Below, piece after piece: positions 61,901 to 64,000 of a stretch of 64,000 nucleotides of DNA. This DNA comes from Eledone cirrhosa. Taxonomy: Eukaryota. The notes below the pieces were generated by a model. It was not told the origin of the DNA. It saw nothing but the letters and a program-made list of their open reading frames with translations, and ran no database searches. A program made the position numbers and the translations under genes. Numbering within the stretch: position 1 is the first letter of the stretch; every line of letters starts with the position of its first letter. Location of the stretch: contig OZ024744.1 of assembly GCA_964016885.1 (NCBI GenBank), positions 129,394,001-129,458,000 of the forward strand. Reading direction: 5' to 3'.

Positions 61901-64000
61901 TAAGTTGGGGTTCAATTAAGTTGCGGTTAATTTAAGTTGGGGTTAAGTTAAGTTGGGGTTAAGTTAAGTTGGGGTTAAGTTAAGTTGGGGTTAAATTAAG
62001 TTGGGGTTAAATTAAGTTGGGGTTAAGTTAAGTTGGGGTTATGTTAAGTTGGTGTTAAGTTAAGTTGGGGTTAAGTTAAGTTGGGGTTAAGTTAGGTTGG
62101 TGTTAATTTATGTTGGGGGTAAGTTAAGTTGGGGGTAAGTTAAGTTGGTGTTAAGTTAAGTTGGGGTTAAGTTAAGTTGGGGTTAAGTTAAGTTGGGGTT
62201 AATTTAGGGTCGAGTTAAGTTGGGGTTAAGTTAAGTTGGGGTTAAGTTAAGTTGGGGTTGAGTTAAGCTGGGGTTAAGTTAAGTTGGGGTTAAAATAAGT
62301 TGGGGTTAAGTTAAGTTGGGGTTAATTTAATTTGTGGTTAAGTTAAGTTGGGGTTAAGTTAAGTTGGGGTTGAGTTAAGCTGGGGTTAAGTTAAGTTGAG
62401 GTTAAAGTTAAGTAGGGGTTAAATTATGTTGGGGTTAAGTTAAGTTGGGGTTAAGTTAAGTTGGGGTTAAGTTAAGTTGGGGATAAGTTAAGTTGGGGAT
62501 AAGTTAAGTTGGGGTTAATTAAGTTGGGTTTAAGTTAAGTTGGGGTTAAGTTAAGTTGGGGTTAAGTTAAGTTGGGGTTAAGTTAAGTTGGTTAGTTAAG
62601 TTGAGTTTAAGTTAAGTTGGGCTTAATTTAAGTTGGGGTTAAGTTAAGTTGGGGTTAAGTTAAGTTGGGGTTAAGTTAAGTTGGGGTTAAGTTAAGTTGG
62701 GGTTCAGTCAAGTTGGGGTTAAGTTAAGTTGGGGTTAAGTTGGGGTAAAATTAAGTTGGGGTTAAGTTAAGTTGGGGTTAAGTTAAGTTGGGGTTAAGTT
62801 AAGTTGGGGTTAAGTTAAGTTGCGGTTAAGTTAAGTTGAGGTTAAGTTAAGTTGGGGTTAAGTTAGGTTGGGGTTAATTTAAGTTGGGGCTAAGTTAAGT
62901 TGGGGTTAAGTTAACTTTGGGTTAAGTTAAGTTGGGTTTGAGTTAAGTTGGGGTTAATTAAGTTGGGGTTAAGTTAAGTTGGGGTTAAGTTAAGTTGGGG
63001 TTAAGTTAAGTTGCGGTTAAGTTAAGTTGATGTTAAGTTAAGTTGGGGTTAAGTTAAGTTGGGGTTAAGTTAAGTTGGGGCTAAGTTAAGTTGGGGCTAA
63101 GTTAAGTTGGGGCTAAGTTAAGTTGGGGTTAAGTTAAGGTGGGGTTAAGTTAAGTTGGGGTCAACTTAAGTTGGGGTTAAGTTATGTTGGGGTTAAGTTA
63201 AGTTGGGGTTAAGTTAAGTTGGGGTTACATTAAGTTGGGGGTAAGTTAAGTTGGTGGTAAGTTAAGTTGGGGGTAAGTTAAGTTGGGGTTAAGTTAGGTT
63301 GGTGTTAATTTAAGTTGGGGGTAAGTTAAGTTGGGGGTAAGTTAAGTTGGTGTTAAGTTAAGTTGGGGTTAAGTTAAGTTGGGGTTAAGTTAAGTTGGGG
63401 TTAAGTTAGGGTCGAGTTAAGTTGGGGTTAAGTTAAGTTGGGGTTAAGTTAAGTTGGGGTTAATTTAATTTGTGGTTAAGTTAAGTTGGGGTTAAGTTAA
63501 GTTGGGGTTGAGTTAAGCTGGGGTTAAGTTAAGTTGAGGTTAAAGTTAAGTAGGGGTTAAATTATGTTGGGGTAAGTTAAGTTGGGGTTAAGTTAAGTTG
63601 GGGTTAAGTTAAATTGGGGATAAGTTAAGTTGGGGATAAGTTAAGTTGGGGTTAATTAAGTTGGGTTTAAGTTAAGTTGGGGTTAAGTTAAGTTGGGGTT
63701 AAGTTAAGTTGGGGTTAAGTTAAGTTGGTTAGTTAAGTTGAGTTTAAGTTAAGTTGGGCTTAATTTAAGTTGGGGTTAAGTTAAGTTGGGGTTAAGTTAA
63801 GTTGGGGTTAAGTTAAGTTGGGGTTCAGTCAAGTTGGGGTTAAGTTAAGTTGGGGTTAAGTTGGGGTAAAATTAAGTTGGGGTTAAGTTAAGTTGGGGTT
63901 AAGTTAAGTTGGGGTTAAGTTAAGTTGGGGTTAAGTTAAGTTGCGGTTAAGTTAAGTTGAGGTTAAGTTAAGTTGGGGTTAAGTTAAGTTGGCGTTAATT
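58999..64000 (+). repeat. 16-bp satellite block 7 (open at right window edge)
   Basis: 16-mer array. The first ~2 kb continues the macro-unit; beyond ~62200 it carries variants typical of block 1. Confidence 0.98.

Noticed and set aside
1-64000. Protein-coding ORFs in the 16-mer array or the islands
   Set aside because: TTAA is palindromic, so TAA occurs on both strands twice per monomer, and the 16-bp period shifts it through all frames. The islands are also stop-rich homopolymer DNA.

Overview
The whole 64 kb is non-coding tandem-repeat DNA, most likely eukaryotic; I found no CDS, RNA gene or CRISPR array. About 84% is a G/T-rich 16-bp satellite (GGGGTTAAGTTAAGTT)n, all in one orientation, with no C in the + strand consensus and many point and indel variants. 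Six AT-rich islands (2.3-2.4 kb twice, 1.44 kb four times) interrupt it. The islands are built from a ~345-bp monomer containing inverted repeats, and all six share the same orientation and the same left and right junctions. Variant monomers act as barcodes and show nested amplification: 16 bp, 448-bp duplications, a ~3-kb higher-order repeat (left), a ~6.8-kb duplication, and a 6,130/6,132-bp composite unit (4,688 bp of 16-mer plus one island) that alternates A/B to form a 12,262-bp dimer present twice. My main hypothesis (inference) is a non-canonical telomeric or subtelomeric array maintained by recombination rather than telomerase, with a captured foreign satellite co-amplified in it. A centromeric or heterochromatic satellite is the main alternative. 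Organism and chromosomal position cannot be determined from this window, and coordinates were counted by hand.
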